Shown one piece after another: positions 15,207 to 16,885 of a stretch of 16,885 nt of DNA. Where the stretch lies: assembly GCF_005869855.1 (NCBI RefSeq), contig NZ_SZNH01000014.1:17553-34437 (forward strand), written 5' to 3'. Both the position numbers and the translations under genes were made by a program. This DNA comes from Nostoc sp. PA-18-2419. GTDB taxonomy: Bacteria > Cyanobacteriota > Cyanobacteriia > Cyanobacteriales > Nostocaceae. Position 1 is the first letter of the stretch. Each line of letters opens with the position of its first letter. Under the pieces are notes generated by a model, which ran no database searches, had not been told where the DNA came from, and saw only the letters and a program-made list of their open reading frames with translations.

Positions 15207-16529
15207 TTATCGATAAGCAACTTGTGGCCCTGCCCAAATTTCTCTAACCTGTTTACCAAAAGTTATGGGCTGATCGTCGTCTGTTGTAGTGACAGTCTTG
15301 CCATCGTTAGCAACTTTCACCAAAGGCCAGTTTTCCTCGCCTAGTTCGCCTGCACGAAACAACACATGATCGGGTTGACTTTTACTCCAACCTAACAAGA
15401 CCGCAATCTTCTCATCCTGATTTTCTTGATTAGCAGGAGCAACAACGTTAGCATGATTGTTTTGCCGATCCCAAATCACTGCGCTATCTGTGGAATCACC
15501 TGTGTTAAATATGCCTTCAAACTTGCGTGCCAAAAAGCGATCGCCTTTTTCCGACCAACTAACAGGAACTAACACCCCAATCTGACCATTTGTGTCAGTT
15601 TCTTCTGCTGACACTGCCTTGATAGCTTTGGTTTTTAATAGGGGATCGCTAACAGGAGTAGTTGAAGCCATCACCCACAATTTCTTAGTTTGCATATCTT
15701 GGACAAACAGAACGCTGGTAACGCGGCTGTTGTACATTTCTGGTTTGACCTCTAGTTGCACCCGACTATAAACAGCATATCTACCATCAGGAGAAACCAC
15801 CGGTACGCTGCGGTAATGGCGCACTCCAGAACCACCCTTAGAACCAATAGCCTCTTGAGTAGCTGTAATCCATTTCCAAGGAATTGGATGAGGACTGCCG
15901 ATGGGATCTGTTTGTTCTGCTTGGGATTCATCAACTGGTTCACTAACAGGTATTTCTGTCGTCGTTGCAGTTGGTTGTGATTCTCTAAGAGTTGGTGCTA
16001 CTTGGACTGCTACTAATGATTTGGTAAAAGGTTTCTGTGTAGAGAAAGAATTTTTTTCTTCTCTCAAAGATTTCACCTTAGCTGCTTTTAGTTTTTGTAC
16101 TAATTTAAGTTGACTCACAGGAACATCTGTTGATGGCGCGAGTTGAACTGCTGCCAAGGAATCAGGAACCTTTAAATCGCTGCTTGAGAGAGAACTATCT
16201 ACTTGAGCTAAAGAATCAATTTTATCCTCTGGTAATACTTGCGGTTCCTGAATAGCACTGCTTTGTGTTGATAGATCAAATTCTTCTGTTGATGAGTTGA
16301 CTCGATCTACTTTTAATGTGTCAGCTATTTCAGGTTTCTCAACTAAGGCTATTTCGTTTGATACAGGTTCAGATTCTTCGGTAACTGAAGTGTGTTTAAC
16401 TACTTCGGATTTTACTGAAGCCGAGTTACCAGATGCCCCTAACAAGGGTGCGATCAATATTACAACAACAACATAATTCAGAAATGGTTGTGCGCGGAAC
16501 CATCCCGACAGCAAAAGGGGTTTAAGCAT
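15207..16529 (-). CDS. Membrane-anchored or secreted protein, 440 aa. It has an N-terminal hydrophobic anchor, a long S/T/E/P/Q-rich linker and a beta-rich C-terminal domain.
   Basis: Signal or anchor sequence FLNYVVVVILIAPLLGASG. The C-terminal domain contains a PD40/TolB-like SPDGRYAVYS motif. HIP1 site at 15537-15544. Confidence 0.8.
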   Translation of the reverse strand: MLKPLLLSGWFRAQPFLNYVVVVILIAPLLGASGNSASVKSEVVKHTSVTEESEPVSNEIALVEKPEIADTLKVDRVNSSTEEFDLSTQSSAIQEPQVLPEDKIDSLAQVDSSLSSSDLKVPDSLAAVQLAPSTDVPVSQLKLVQKLKAAKVKSLREEKNSFSTQKPFTKSLVAVQVAPTLRESQPTATTTEIPVSEPVDESQAEQTDPIGSPHPIPWKWITATQEAIGSKGGSGVRHYRSVPVVSPDGRYAVYSRVQLEVKPEMYNSRVTSVLFVQDMQTKKLWVMASTTPVSDPLLKTKAIKAVSAEETDTNGQIGVLVPVSWSEKGDRFLARKFEGIFNTGDSTDSAVIWDRQNNHANVVAPANQENQDEKIAVLLGWSKSQPDHVLFRAGELGEENWPLVKVANDGKTVTTTDDDQPITFGKQVREIWAGPQVAYR

Positions 16530-16885
16530 TTGTAGACTCTCTAGAGGGGCGGTTGCTTATGTGAGGAGCAATACCTATGCAGCAATGGAGGAAGCGATAA
16601 TTATATGTATAACAAGAAACTAAAAACTTTTACTAAATAATTTCTTCATTTCTGGAGGATGAGAAAAATAAGCATTATTAATTACACCTTTTTTGTTTGG
16701 AGTACTGGATGTTTTTTTGACAAATATATGCGAGTATAGTAACTATGCTGATAACTAAGTAATTACTACACATATAATCCAATTTTGGTGTAGGCATGAA
16801 CCACACCAAAAGCACGTTTATATTCAAGGGGTATTAAGCTGATAGTTCAGGCTAGTGAGAGTGCAAACTAAGGCCCTCTCAAACT

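Noticed and set aside
14289-16113. ORFs 14289-14510(+), 14817-15062(-), 15037-15237(-), 15752-15943(-), 15756-15980(+), 15901-16113(+)
   Set aside because: They are shadow frames of the 177-aa and 440-aa genes, or they span hairpin and terminator sequence in the spacer.
16828-16885. ggggtattaagctgatagttcaggct..., which resembles the 5' end of a tRNA or tmRNA
   Set aside because: A D-arm can be drawn, but no anticodon stem forms (gtgag has no complementary ctcac at the right spacing). There is no match to the tmRNA 5' consensus. The sequence is also truncated by the window edge.
1-16885. Search for CRISPR arrays, tRNA/rRNA genes, transposase, integrase or RT genes, defence-type ATPase, nuclease or helicase motifs, and known riboswitch cores (B12 box, TPP, glutamine)
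   Set aside because: None was found by eye. The only gccactg (B12-box-like) string lies inside the ATPase CDS. No regularly spaced direct repeats of 25-40 nt exist, and no P-loop was seen in any of the unknown proteins.

Overview
This window looks like ordinary chromosome from a filamentous, heterocyst-forming cyanobacterium (Nostocales-type). I count 13 exact HIP1 octamers (GCGATCGC), all inside long ORFs. There are also STRR-type heptamer tracts (AATGACC/AATGACT, i.e. TTGGTCA on the other strand) and G-rich/C-rich short tandem repeats in the spacers.

I support about 14 protein genes:
- a 546-aa conserved hypothetical protein (-)
- a divergent HesB/IscA A-type Fe-S carrier (+)
- a small TPR protein (+)
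- an 81-aa membrane protein (+)
- a YfcH/TIGR01777-like SDR protein (-)
- a 115-aa hypothetical protein (+)
- an FHA-domain protein (-)
- a Cu(I) P1B-1-type ATPase (-)
- a possible 67-aa membrane protein (-)
- a TM2-domain protein (-)
- a CPBP/CAAX-type intramembrane protease with a long coiled-coil N-terminus (-)
- a 2OG-Fe(II) oxygenase of the IPNS-like family (+)
- a hydrophilic 177-aa protein with a Rho_N-like C-terminus (-)
- a 440-aa anchored or secreted protein (-)

I found no tRNA, rRNA, CRISPR array, transposase, integrase, reverse transcriptase, or recognisable defence or toxin-antitoxin module. I could not identify a convincing novel multi-gene system.

The items most worth a second look are:
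- a 1.2-kb AT-rich, ORF-free, HIP1-free tract at the left edge, containing a twin-dyad inverted repeat
- a small MITE-like family embedded in inverted STRR tracts
- lineage-specific in-frame insertions in the Cu-ATPase and in the oxygenase catalytic core
- several structured intergenic elements

All functional calls come from motif recognition by eye. No searches were run.
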